Positions 1 through 12,124 of a stretch of 52,334 bases of DNA are shown one piece after another. Both the position numbers and the translations under genes were made by a program. Location: NCBI RefSeq assembly GCF_000485595.1, contig NW_014577076.1:417430-469763 (forward strand), written 5' to 3'. The DNA comes from Priapulus caudatus. Its lineage: Eukaryota. The notes beneath the pieces were generated by a model. The model was not told the DNA's origin. It worked only from the letters and a program-made list of their open reading frames with translations, and did no database searches. Numbering within the stretch: position 1 is the stretch's first letter; the number at the start of each line of letters is the position of its first letter.

Positions 1-523
1 TATAGTTTTCTGTGGAGGCGCCCTGAGATTTTCGTTCGTTTTTCGAGACTACAACTTCCAAACTGGGTTTATTCTCAACACGAACCTTTCTCCGCTATCT
101 TGGAACTTACTATGTATCACAATACTCTGTATTAAACTAATATAACCTGTTACAAAAATTCGAAGTGACGAGCGGCGAATATACTGAGCGCCATTTCTGT
201 TGACTTGTGACGTACGCATTTTCAATGCGGATAGCGATCGGCAAACGCAGCGCCCTCCGATTGTTCGGTGAATCCGCTCTTCAAACCGAAGTACATCACA
301 GGTCAACAGAAATGGCGCTCTGTATATTCGCCGCTCGTCACTTCGAATTTTTGTAACAGGTTATATTAGTTTAATACAGAGTATTGTGATACATAGTAAG
401 TCCCCGGATAGCGGAGAAAGGTTCGTGTTTAGAATAAACCCAGTTTGGAAGTTGTAGTCTCGAAAAACTAACCATAAAACCGCCCTGAGTGAATCACTCA
501 GGGCGCCTCCACAGAAAACTATA
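1..523. mobile_element. Foldback/MITE-like element with ~210-bp terminal inverted repeats
   Basis: 1-~212 (TATAGTTTTCTGTGGAGGCGCCCTGAG...) is the near-perfect reverse complement of ~291-523 (...CTCAGGGCGCCTCCACAGAAAACTATA) around an ~80-bp spacer. The left flank is cut by the window edge, so no TSD can be checked. Confidence 0.85.
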
Positions 524-811
524 GTACGCGTTGTAACCCTACTCTTGTTGGGTTACATTATTGTATCTAGCAACGTAGTAGCGTCTCATAACATTGCGAG
601 TGGAGCCGTCATACCTACACCAGTCTAACCATGTGTCGATCTTACAGTCATGTCGATTGGTCGAAATCTGAGACACTTGCTCAGACCAGACCCACGGTCA
701 CCCACCAATGAGAAACGATTTCATGTTACTCGCAGCTAATTCCGCACTCGACTGGCAACTTGCCCTTTAGTTTACTACACTGTGGTGCGCAGCTTGGAAC
801 AGGGTTCCAGG

Positions 812-1915
812 CAGGGTTCGAATTTTGTCTGAAAATCTAGTGGACAGCAGGACCACCAACTTCAGAAAGTTGGTGGTCCTGCACAAAAGTTGGTGGTCCG
901 CTTATTTACTAGCAGTGAGTAACAAAATAGTATACAAAAATAACCATTGGCATTAACAGCAAACATGTAACTTAGAGTTGGTCAAACAATATATCTCAAG
1001 CTCTAGGAATGTCGGGGGAGCTTGTGGGAAAGGTTTTACTTTCGTTTTTCTCCTCCCCAGTCCACGGTACCCCCATGCATAGATCAATGCTGCCGCACAT
1101 CCGCAAAGTTACAAGTGCCTATAGAATTTTGATACAGTTTACATTGCTTCTAGATATCTAACTGAATAAAAATAGTCCACTTTCTACGTAAAGAAAAGTG
1201 ACAAATTCAGTTAACAGCTTTGATTACGTGCGGTCAGGTATCATTGGTCGTGCCCTCACTCCCCACGATAACCCCTGCGATATATGAACTAATTGTTATG
1301 CGGTCATAAAAACACTGGGGTCATGCCGCAATCGATTTCTTAGACTGTCACGAGGTTTTGTTTGTGTGGCGAATCATGCGCTGAGGGAGTTCATGCCCTC
1401 GGCTCTAGATGTTTTGGATACCCCGTCTACGCTCAGGAACGGAGCGTATTAGAATGCCCTCCCGTTTACAAGTCTGTCTAAACAGCCGTTGCGATAACCG
1501 TAGTATTTCAGCGTAATATGAGGGGAAAAAGTGCAGTTCAGGAGGACCGGAAGTTTCGCCGAGATGGTGGCCGAAGCAAAAACTTGGTGGCCTCGGGCCT
1601 CCGGGTCGGCACTAATTTCGAAGGCTGGTTCCAGGCTATCGCTCTTTCATTTACAATCAGGCTGCGCGAATATGCAGTGGGCGAACGCATTGTTTACATG
1701 TATGTCACGGTTTATCACGGATTAGTTTTCAAATAAATATTCCTGGAAGTTAATATGCAAGAAAAGATTTCTACAGGTAACAGTTTCTCAGTGTTTCGAA
1801 TTTTCGGTGATCAAATAGCTGTAGGATCAGCGGGCCTGTTTTATCAAGAAGCTGTAGGCCCGGCATCGAAACTGTCGGCGGCGGGCCGACGGGCTGACGT
1901 GAATTTCGAACACTG
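812..1915. mobile_element. Possible non-autonomous hAT-like DNA transposon
   Basis: Termini CAGGGTTCGAA(T)TT and AATTTCGAACACTG are imperfect inverted repeats; there is a subterminal hairpin at ~848-880. No TSD seen. Confidence 0.4.
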
Positions 1916-2209
1916 ACTGGCACTGCACTGGGACGTTAGTCCTGAGTCAGTGTGACAGTGAGTGTGTAGAGTAGAAGTAGAGTAGTGGAAATTTTATATG
2001 ATAAAATAATGCCATGATTAATACTGAATCAAGTCAAATTATGTGTATTTGTATTAATACTCATCAAGATTGTCTTAATTGTCTTAATATCATCAACTGC
2101 TTCGCTATTTTACTCTTCTTGAAACTTGAAACTTGAGCCTCCAAGGGCCTGTGCTCACACATTGTCATCATGTATATGTCAATTCTATTCAATATTTCTA
2201 TGCTTACAG

Positions 2210-2234
2210 ATTTGGACCATACAGCTGATGTTCA
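2210..2234 (+). CDS. ZBTB8OS: Archease exon: (Y)LDHTADV(Q)
   Basis: ttacAG acceptor and GTaagt donor; encodes the archease N-terminal DHTAD metal-binding motif. Confidence 0.9.
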
Positions 2235-2884
2235 GTAAGTAGACGTATACTATTATTGTCTTGTGTTGAACTTGTAGACCTCTAAAGTTAGCCATCATTG
2301 CTGTTTTATGGTAGACATTAGGGTTAGAAATTAACTTTTTGCTAGACAGCAAGCATTTGCTTGCCACAGAGAAAAGCAGGCAGCAAACTTATTCACCCAG
2401 GCAGAAAACTTGAGAAAGCCATAGCAGTTCCACTCCCTACCAACATGTAACGCCCCTATACGGGTACAGGGGGCTAAAATGGTAAAAGATGGGAAGAACA
2501 CAATTACTTGGTTGTGAAAATGGCGTCAGCATGTGGAATGACCACAATCACACACTACTCATTGTTCTCTCATCTCGAGTCTCTGGACTCTTCCATTTTC
2601 CCGGGGGGTTAGGTTACTTTCCCATTGCATTAAATAAAACAAAATGGGGGGGGTCATAATTGTCACAGTATTCGATTGATCTCGTTTGTATTCGCCAGAT
2701 GGCGCCACCTAACTGAGGGGCTTTGTTTTAGAGCAGTTACTTGCGAGCAGTTGCGAGCCAGCATGTACACCAGTTTGCCGTGAATATACTTGCGCTTGTC
2801 GTAACGTTATACCGCTCCTTGTGTTGTCATTTAATAAGCATCACACTATCACAATAATCAAACAGACAAAACAAACAAGTCTGT

Positions 2885-5800
2885 AATCATTACGACTAAT
2901 GCATAGATTTATCGGGCATGAATAGCCAAAGACGATTCCCGAGTTAGACACCCTCCCCGGATACAAGAGGTGTTCCTTGACAGCCTTGGAGGAGACCAGT
3001 GGTTCTCCACTCTCGATCAAGGAAGGCGTACCCACGCAAGGATTGTTACCGGAGAGGAATGCAAGCAACATGACAGCTTTCATCAACTCCCACTGGGGTT
3101 CTGTATGAGTGGAATCTTGGGATCCCATTTGGACTTCACAAATGCCCGGCAGTCTTGTCAAAGATGTGATGGAGAGTTGTCTGGAGGAGCTCACTGGTTG
3201 AATATGCCATGTCTACCTCGATGATTACTGGTCTACAGTCGCAAAGTTTAACGCCATGTCAGCACCTGCCAACAACGTCCTTACAGAGATTGAAAAAAGG
3301 GGCATAAAACTCAAGCCAAGTACCAAATGCCGTTCTTTGAGAGGAGCGTGAAGTCACCTAGAGTTAGAATGTGGTGTCTTGCTGAGGTGCACCGCTCAGA
3401 GCCCATCTTGGATGGTGAGGGTGTAGAGGGCTCTTCTGAAGAAGGACCCAAGACTGGCTTGGTGAGCTGAGACCGAAAGTACTAGGACTCCTGGTTGTGG
3501 TCTACCGAAAAGTATATCCAGACTTCTCAAGAAGAGCTGGACCACTGTATAACCTCCTTGCCATGCTCACCAGGATACAGCCACGCAAGAAGCGGACAGC
3601 CGGCGAAGAAAAGTGAACCACATCCTTCCTTCAAGCCACCCCATCATGGACAAAGATCACCAAGAACTATCCCTGAACGGGCTGATAGACAACCTACGGT
3701 ACAGCGCTCCAATCATGGGCGTATCCGGACTTTTGAGAAGCCTTTTGTCTTGCACACTGACGGCGCGTCGGAATGATGGCTTAGGAGCGGGGTTCTCTAC
3801 CAGCACCAATGGACGGAAGCATGCGATAATGCTTATGCAGATCCAGGACCCTGGACCCCCTGCAGGAGAAGAAATATCAATCTTCACTCCTGGAAAGTTG
3901 GATGGTACGTGCGCGCGAAGGCGTACGCCTGGTTAGCCGTATATATCTAATCACTTAGCGGAGCCGTACTGGCGCCTCACGCGTTTTCTCTGCCTCTTGA
4001 GTGGGCGATCGGACCGGTTCAGAGACTCCTCTATTACTCTCACAGTTCACAAGGCGGTGTTCGACGGACAACAATCCGCCTCAACTTATGTCCTCATTCA
4101 ACCACGACTCAACTTGGCCGACAGGCTTTACGGTGAGGTTGGAAGCTTCTGCCTGACTTTCCTTTCCACGATAAGGCGGTACCGGACCCGGGAGACGACG
4201 GGCTAAACGCGGATGGCTGGATACATTGTCAACGAAGCATCCCCTCGTCTGTCATCACAATATGGTCGCGCCAAAGTACTCAGAAGAAATCCGCCCCTCC
4301 ACTGATCCCCATGCGTCACCAAGGTGTGGAAGGTGAAACAAGGCACCATGACGGATCCAGCCATGGATAGGTAGCGCGATGACTGCGTCTCCTACTCCAA
4401 GCGCCCGGGGACACCCTACGCTCTATCTCTCCTACACCGTAACCTAATCTATAGAAAGCCTTAACCATACAAATACCCAAGAGTGGTACCCGCAGGTGTT
4501 ACTGCGGTTCGCGCCTCGGATATCCGGGACCTTACCCGGGTACAGCTTTCGGCATCGCTGTGTCAGGGTCCTATAGCCAGGCTCAGATGGGCCATCCGCG
4601 CTGGCATGCGCTGGGGTCGCTGCCCGGCTTGGCGGCGCGTGAGTGGACGAGATGGGAAATTTGACGACCAGCCTGAATTTAGATCAGCTCTGCAAGGACA
4701 TCAAGCAAGCGAGAGAACGAGACCCGCCATTTCACACGAAATAGCATAATGGAAAGCAACCAAACCGAAACAAGAGAGACAGACGTCTACCCAAAAGAGG
4801 CTTGTCAAAATTCGAGAAGAACCTGACGATAGATCGATGAATGGATCCTTCGCGCCGAAGAACTGCCACCTACAACCAACTCGGTCCTCGCCGGCTCAAT
4901 ATAAACAACTTTGTTTACACAGAGCTTCACAAACCATATGGGACATTTCGGCCCAGACAAAGTCGGTCGCACCTGGGCCCTGTGAAAGGTTCTTACTGGT
5001 CAAAACATGGAGAAACCGACATCTACCAATTACATCACCCAACGGGTGTCCCTGCTCTTAAAGCAGAAGACACCACAAAGAGTGATCAGAGCTCCCTGGC
5101 CCTATCTCAACACTCACCTTTTGAGCTTGGTGATCCGCACGTCGATTTTCGTTCCACTTGTAGGCGTAGTAAAGGAAGGGTACGCAGTATATTCTTGTGT
5201 GTGGACCACTTCACTCGGTTGCCCATGGCCTACCCAACAAGGAAACAAGAGTGGACGAACAGCCGGGGGGGTGGCTGATATCATCTTCAACACACTTCTG
5301 GTTATTTGCTTCCCCAACGGTGCTCCGTTGTTGTTCTAAATATGATTGGGCAGGTTTCTGTTTGAGAAACACCTGGTCGGACGTGTTCTACAGAGCACTC
5401 AGGCATTTTCACCCGGAACAACCCCATATCACGCCTCAGGGGAAATGGCCAGGTTGAAAGGTTCATGTGTATCGTTTGGGGAATGTTGGCGCGACCTTGC
5501 GGGCCTTTCTGAGTGGCCGTTGCTTACCACGAAGATTATTGAGAACAGAAAAGTGGATTGGAGGGCTGTCGCTGTATTATATTGGTAACGATGCCTTCAA
5601 TTGTACTAGGAATAATCAACTGGATATTCACCATTGTTAAATGACTGTTGTTTCGCCATCCCACGGCTCCCCATAGACCGTTGCCTTCGGACTGCGATCG
5701 CTGGGAAACAGGGGAACACACCTAACTCTACTCGGAGGGATTTATGTCTTACGTGCGATGGAATCAAGCGTATGACATTGCTACCAAGACATGTGTCAAA

Positions 5801-6100
5801 CGGCAGGACGAAGGGAAATCCCAATGTTATACATATTAAGGGCTGGAAGAACTGCCCAGCCAGCCTGTCGCCTGGAGATCGTGTTCTGGTCCGAAATAAT
5901 GCAACGAAACGAGGGGACCAGCCTAGAAGCTGAAAGATTACTGGGAGAGCCGAGTATTATCGTGTGGCGTAAAACAGATGGGGAGACGACTTGCTCGTTG
6001 GTACGAAGTGAGACCAGAAAGTGGTCCAGGGGGAAAGAGCGAAGTCGCCTCCATCGGAACTGTTGCTCCCTTGTGCATGCTCTCGGAAAAACCGTTGAAA
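2885..6100 (+). pseudogene. Gypsy pol remnants (RT-RNase H-integrase), heavily frameshifted
   Basis: RT LDSLGGDQWFSTLDQ (~2970-3020) and YLDD (3214-3225); RNase H FEKPFVLHTDGAS (~3732-3770); integrase SPFEL..VDF, LCVDHFTR, TTPYH and RLHRN (~5110-6060). The RT-RH-INT order is Gypsy-type. Confidence 0.88.
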
Positions 6101-7572
6101 CCCCAAGCGGAAGTGCGAGATCAGATCAAGATAGGCCCGACGCCAAGACCCGACGATTACACTGAAAAACTCGTCGAGCAGCGTCGAAGAACGTCCTTAG
6201 GGAGCACGCGCTCCGGCAGAGCAAGATGTGGCACGGAGAGCGATGAAGAAATAAGAATTCCGTCACTGTCCAACCTGAGCGCCCGAGGCTGCGCAGCATG
6301 AAAGCCCCCAGTTGTCGCCCTGCAGATCAGGCGTCCCTGTGAAGATGACCCCACAACCCATGCCCCATGTTTGGAACGGCAAAACCCAAAATCGACCGCC
6401 TTCTACCTTTTTGCATGCTCAGAGTCTGTAGGCCGGAAGTAGAATGCCCTATACCAGAGCCAAGAAGTACCAGTTTAGATGCGTCAATGATGACTGGCAT
6501 GAATGATGCTCTGAGCCTTTTTTGAAGCGACGACCACAGGAACCAGACAGTCGACCTCCGTTTCACATATGACCAAGTTGGGCAACCATCCCTTCACCCC
6601 CTGCAAGAAGGATGTGGTACAATCCCACCAAAAACGCCCTGAGTTTGATCATTTTTCGTTCACCCTATTTTACACCTCGACAATTAGTACCTCTAAATAA
6701 CTCGTTACAGTATGCCGTTACCAACCTCCCCGCAAGGTCACCCTATTACAAATTCCACGGGCTACTTGGCCCACCTATACTCTCATCACCAGTCACCCAG
6801 CCACCAGGTGCACATGCTGATGGATGGATCCTCAGATGCATCCATGGCCGTTCGCTGATGGGACCTCCGTACACACCCAGACCATGGAGGACCCCAGCAT
6901 GTTGGTGCCGCCGGCAAGTGATGGACGGCGAGCGTGGGCCGTCTTTTCAACGCTGCGACAACAGGTTTTGGCTCAGAAATTAAGTAAAATTGATGGACGT
7001 ATATATGTACGGTCTTGAATGTAGTCTTGATTTGACCAGGGAAAACCACCTTCATTAACTGTTTTATTTTTACTTGCTTTCTCGCACGATTATGATTCAA
7101 AATCTTGGCGGAGATTCAATGGTAGGAGACTGAGAGTTGGAAAAATTTCACGCGCCGGTGTAACAGGGAAGCTGGTGGGTAAACAGGGTAATGACACCCT
7201 GCCAATAACGCTTTGTTGCACTTGGTCGTGAAAGTACAAGTGCACCACCAGCATCCACCATGACGGAACTTCAGCTTCAGAGGACATTGCCACGAGTCTG
7301 ATCCTTCTCGTCATATGATGAATTGGTAAATGTTGTTACATTTAAGGTCTTTCTGACTGCGAATGTGATTGTTATATATTCTAGGACTGCGCCACCCATT
7401 AATGTCTCCATCGTCAATATGTACAGCAGTTTAAATTAAGTGAAAGGATAGCGGACTGATCAAATGACAGCATGTAAATAGAGTTCTGTGGGCCGCATCT
7501 TGAAATAGACGCGATTTGCGTGTGTGTTTGAAATGTCGGAGGTGACGACATCTTTTCTGGCTGGGGAAGCAG

Positions 7573-7979
7573 TGTAATCCTGGATCAGACAGANCGTTAC
7601 GAACAGCCAAGTATAGTCACGGGCAAACATGGTGTCAATCTGCTTCGCACCTGCTCGCAGTAACTGCTCTAAAACAAAGCCGCGCTCAGTTAGGTGGCGC
7701 CAATCCTGCGAATCACAAACGAGATAACTCGGAATACTGTGGCAATTATGACCCCCCCGACCATAATTTTGTTTATTTAATGGCAATGGAAAAGTACGCT
7801 AACCCCCCGGGAAAATGGTAAAGAGTGCGACAGAGACTCGAAGATGAGAGAACAATGATTAGTGTGGATGTGGTCTATTCCAAGATGCTGACGCCATTTT
7901 CAACAACCCAAGTAATTGTGGTTTCTTTCCCATCTTTTAGCATTTTAGCTCCCGTACCCGTATAGGGCGTGTTGTACCA
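7573..7979 (+). repeat. Composite LTR copy joined at N7594, preceded by a PPT and followed by a PBS-like sequence
   Basis: 7595-7979 is a noisy reverse complement of 2446-2806, and 7573-7593 is the reverse complement of ~9785-9804. Purine tract GGGGAAGCAG at 7563-7572; TCTGGAGGC at 7981. Confidence 0.85.
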
Positions 7980-8099
7980 TTCTGGAGGCGCACACCCGGA
8001 TGTGTTATAGCTTCCCTGTAATGTCTGCAGGCGTCCTGCAGTTGTACTAGCTAAGGCGATCATCCAAACTATCGACCGGACCACCGGCTTGGTGACGTC

Positions 8100-9712
8100 T
8101 ACCCTAAAGGAGGCAGTAACCTTAGCTACGTGCAACCCAAACAGCACAGTCATCAACAAGATGGCTTATAATGGGCGGAGTATGATGGCCGGATGTGCTC
8201 GGGATTGCGAGAGGCGGGCACTGAGGAGAGCTCATCGAGGTTGGCTAAGACCTGCGAGAGAGCGCCTGGAGAGCAGACATCACTAAGGCTTAAGGCGAAG
8301 GACTGGCGGGACTGCTAACGGCCTCCTCCAACGCTACCTGAGCAGTGAAAAAGGTTTGAGGAATCATGAAGACGAAGGTGAGGCAGTATGTTAGTGTTAA
8401 GGAGGTACTGGTTAAGAGGGTAATGGGGAGGGTCCTGATGAAAAGCCTGGCCCAAATACGCAAGTGGCGCAGCCGGAGCACAACACCAATCAACGGCCCC
8501 AGATACAATAGAAGAATTCCCTGCGTCCCGCTCCATATTGGAAACGTATCCGCTTCGTCGAGAGTTTAGGTAGATGGGGCAGATAGGGAGCCCGCAGCAG
8601 ATAGGACCGCCTATCATTTCCGGCCTGATCGCCAGGTTGACAGAGGACTGCGAAAGGGATTCACAAGAGGAGGAGGTGACGGAGCAGGTCATCAAGGTCT
8701 ATAAGCCTGGCCTGCGACCAGAGCTACCGGCAAGGGAGAGCAGGGCTTTGATCTCCCCCTACGCTACGAAAGATCCTGCGCTCACACTATCGTAGAAAGG
8801 ACGCACAGCCTCTCTTTCAGGAACTATCCAACGGCTGCCACAGGATAGGAAAGGAGACGCGAGACATGAGCTTTTTGTTCTGAGGGCAATGGACTTAAGA
8901 CAAAGAGAATCATGTCCTTGGGCCTGCAAGGAAACTGGCTCTGGCGTGAACCTATTGGAGAGGAGCAGGTTCAAGCGGATGTTTCCTGCATTATGTCTCC
9001 ACAGGTCTTCAGAATGACATCGTTAGAACAGGAAATTGAAAGCCTTCATTGTGTGATGGTCGCCGATGAAGCCCTCTGGGAAAACCCTGAGCGCGCAGGG
9101 TCGGCCCGTCGGGCACGAGGCAGAGCGACGCAGAAGGTTCCGAAAAAACACCAGCCATACCAGACCCCGGCGTAAATGAGGTTTGCAGCACAACGCGAAT
9201 ACTAGGAAAGCGGAAAGATTCCGCGGATTAGAACTAAGAACAGCCCGGGCAAGGGGGTCAGAGCCGAAAGATGAGAGAACGTAAGGAGCTTAACTGAACT
9301 GGGAGGAGGGCAAATGAGACAGCAAGCAAGATGAAGGTCCATTGTAGCAGACCGAAATGAAAACGCTAACACCCCCTCTCCACAGCCCCTTCACATCCGC
9401 GTCGCTAAGACGAGGATGTCCCAGCTGCCAAGAGCCGGTCAGCGGGAACAGCTGTTGCCCGATTGTTTTCCAGAATGCGGTCAGCAGTGAGCATTTCGCA
9501 AGGGCTGCAGAAAGCAGGAAAAAGCAAACAGGGTGGCCCCAACGGGACATGGAGGCACCCAAGCCAACCACGTCCCGGCAATCAATAAATGGACCTTCAC
9601 GCCTTCAGGGAATGGAAAAGAGTGTGCACAACTGTGGGTGAAAATGGTACATCTCACAATCGCCACACTCGGGGGGAGAGAAGACGGAAGGCCGCGGCTA
9701 TGGATACAGGAC
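8100..9712 (+). pseudogene. Gypsy gag and start of protease, frameshifted
   Basis: CCHC-knuckle-like C..CG...H.A.GC at ~9463-9508 and protease-like WDTG at ~9701-9711, downstream of the LTR/PBS. Confidence 0.65.
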
Positions 9713-10058
9713 TATACCGCTCCTTGTGTTGTCATTTAATAAGCATCACACTATCACAATAATCAAACAGACAAAACAAACAAGTCTGTCTGATCAGGAT
9801 TACAAACAGTACTATCCGAAATTGCTTCTATCCATAAGGAAGCTCGTTTGGCTTCCTTATAAAAAGAACCACCCTGAACAAGTGGCCATCGTTACAACAG
9901 AAATTGCATGTACCTTTTGTGCTTATACTATTTTATTAGGAATTTCTTGGTCGTGAGCATTTGTTGCTAAACAAGGTCAACCAACAAACTGACCATTGTA
10001 GGCAGCAAAACTGTTGCTTGTTGCCCTTAATTTCAAACCCTGTATTCAACCTTTTCAG

Positions 10059-10101
10059 ATTGCACTCATGGGGTGATGACTTAAAAGAAGCATTTGAACA
10101 G
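10059..10101 (+). CDS. ZBTB8OS: Archease exon: (Q)LHSWGDDLKEAFEQ
   Basis: ttttcAG acceptor and GTatat donor; phase matches the previous exon; resembles archease LHAWGDTLEEAFEQ. Confidence 0.92.
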
Positions 10102-10303
10102 GTATATATCTATTTTATAAGGGTTTATGAAACAAATGGCATATCCCTGTTCATTTGTGGCCCTATTGTTTAATCAAGGGGTTGGTTACAATTTTACACT
10201 TGTTATGCAATGGCAAAATGCCAATTATGATAGATTTAATCTCTTATGTACACCAATTGTGCATGAATACTAATCGTGAGCTATATAATTATCTTATTTG
10301 TAG

Positions 10304-10382
10304 GCGAGTATGGCAATGTTTGGTTATATGACTGATATTGAGTATGTTGAAATGAGGACTACTGCAGAAATTGAAGCTGAAG
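10304..10382 (+). CDS. ZBTB8OS: Archease exon: ASMAMFGYMTDIEYVEMRTTAEIEAE(G)
   Basis: AG/GT boundaries, 79 nt, contains the conserved AMFGYMTD motif. Confidence 0.92.
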
Positions 10383-10464
10383 GTAATAATACTAATTCTA
10401 AATTAGTCAGTGTTTTTTTTAAATCCAGAATCAGCATAGTATTAGATTGAGAGTATGGAGTTAG

Positions 10465-10758
10465 CAGAGATGCCAACCACTACGATTTATCCATATTTTA
10501 TACGAATTTCTATTCCTTTTGCACCACTACGACCAGTTTGTATCAAACTACGAATTTCACTGTGATCGAAATATATTTTTTTTTCAATTATTGTCATTTT
10601 TGACCCCCAGAATGCAGGAAATTGCATCTCAGAATCAAAATTTTTTCCGGGGGGCATGCCGGACACCCCTAGCAAACTCGGGTCACTACGTGACCCTCGA
10701 ACTACTCATTTTATGGCCAGAAACTACAGATTGCTTCAAATATGTGTTGGCATCTCTG
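10465..10758. mobile_element. hAT-like MITE with 6-bp TSD
   Basis: Perfect 13-bp TIRs CAGAGATGCCAAC / GTTGGCATCTCTG; AGTTAG is duplicated at 10459-10464 and 10759-10764. Confidence 0.88.
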
Positions 10759-11061
10759 AGTTAGGTGTACCCAACTCACATAAATGTCGTTTTGAATTCT
10801 CAACATTAATGAAATAGGTATGCGCTCCACGTATATTTATGATTGACTCCATATACGTGCCTTTACTGCCAAAGGAATTGTTATTGTGTATCACTATCAG
10901 CATAAATTTCATTCAAAGTGAGGCGATGTACAATTCGCGTAATATCTGCGAAATACAGTAATTTTGTGCACTGTTGTTATTGGTCTGTGTTGCAGAAAAT
11001 TTAAGGCCCTGTGGTTAGTTACCCCTGTCAGTCACTCCCTAAAACACGCTTTTCTTTGTAG

Positions 11062-11144
11062 GCGAGGATATCGAGTCGTTGCTATTCCAATACATGAATG
11101 AGTGGTTGTATGCCTTCAGTGTTGAGCCATTTTTCATACCAAGG
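11062..11144 (+). CDS. ZBTB8OS: Archease exon: GEDIESLLFQYMNEWLYAFSVEPFFIPR
   Basis: tttgtAG acceptor and GTgagc donor, phase consistent; resembles archease SLLFHFLDEWLY...FFIPR. Confidence 0.92.
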
Positions 11145-11468
11145 GTGAGCACTTTTGGTGGTCTGATTTTATCATTTATCTGTATACAGGATGTATATCG
11201 CATATACGTCACAAGCTTATGAATTAGCTGGAGTGTACAAGGCAAACTATGTATTTCTCTCATTTTACACTTAAATAGTTGAGATAATATAGCGCAAATA
11301 CTACATCTGTCACTGTGTATCCGTTTTTTAACAATGTGTGAGATATGTTGTATTCTTGTTGGTGTACAGATTAAGATAATTCACTGGCAATCATGTGCTT
11401 CCAAGATAATACAGTGCATTCTCATAATACCATTAGTGTACTAGTTGGTTTATTTTGATCCCTTACAG

Positions 11469-11558
11469 AAAATTATTGTGACGGATTTTGACAAAGAAAA
11501 CTTTAGAATTAAAGCAATTGGATACGGAGAGGAATTTGACATTAGCAAACATCCCCAG
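11469..11558 (+). CDS. ZBTB8OS: Archease exon: KIIVTDFDKENFRIKAIGYGEEFDISKHPQ
   Basis: ttacAG acceptor and GTaatg donor, 90 nt, GEEF..SKHPQ motif. Confidence 0.93.
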
Positions 11559-12034
11559 GTAATGTCAGTGTCTATATGACTCACATACTATGTTAACAAA
11601 TGGCATTGAATGAAGGGATGGGAAGCCCAAAGACTATATTTTCTAGGTTTTGTGTTTTGGCCCTAGATCAAGTAGAAACTTGTACATCAAGAAAGCATTT
11701 CAAAATATGTACGTGTTGTTTAGGCTTTATACATACAACTTATCGCAAGGCCATGTTCAATTATTGTGGTAAATTTGTTTGTAACTTGTTCTGTTGGTTT
11801 TTTTGTTTTTTCTTTTATGGTAATTTATCAGTTTTAAAGTTGGAAGAAGCTGAATATGACTACCAGAAGTCGAAACTAGTAGTGTATCACGAACCTTTTA
11901 TGCATCAATTCATATCGTCGAGTAATAAGCTAATCACACCCTTATAATAAGATAGTACACTGATGCTGAGATCCGTAGAGACCGTCCAGGCCTCTGTTAC
12001 ACATGTGTAGTAAATATACGTTTCTTTGTTGCAG

Positions 12035-12124
12035 GGAACAGAGGTTAAGGCGATCACATACTCCAACATGCAAATATATGACAACAGTGATAAACACGAA
12101 ATTTATCTCATCATTGACATTTAA
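12035..12124 (+). CDS. ZBTB8OS: Archease terminal exon: GTEVKAITYSNMQIYDNSDKHEIYLIIDI*
   Basis: ttgcAG acceptor; EVKAITY motif and C-terminal IIDI-stop typical of archease (RtcB tRNA-ligase cofactor). Confidence 0.95.
   Translation, partial: GTEVKAITYSNMQIYDNSDKHEIYLIIDI

Larger units (their letters stand above)
2446..9804 (-). mobile_element. Ty3/Gypsy LTR retrotransposon inserted antisense in an archease intron (interior apparently mis-oriented)
   Basis: Ends TGTAAC (2446) and ATTACA (9804) are flanked by the 4-bp direct repeat AACA (2442-2445, 9805-9808). LTR sequence lies at 2446-2884 and 9713-9804, and gag/pol remnants lie inside. Confidence 0.9.

Noticed and set aside
2446..7979. Inverted LTR pair suggesting a DIRS-like element or novel retroelement architecture
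   Set aside because: A DDE-type integrase, PPT/PBS and 4-bp TSD indicate Gypsy; the inversion is explained by mis-oriented fill joined at an N.
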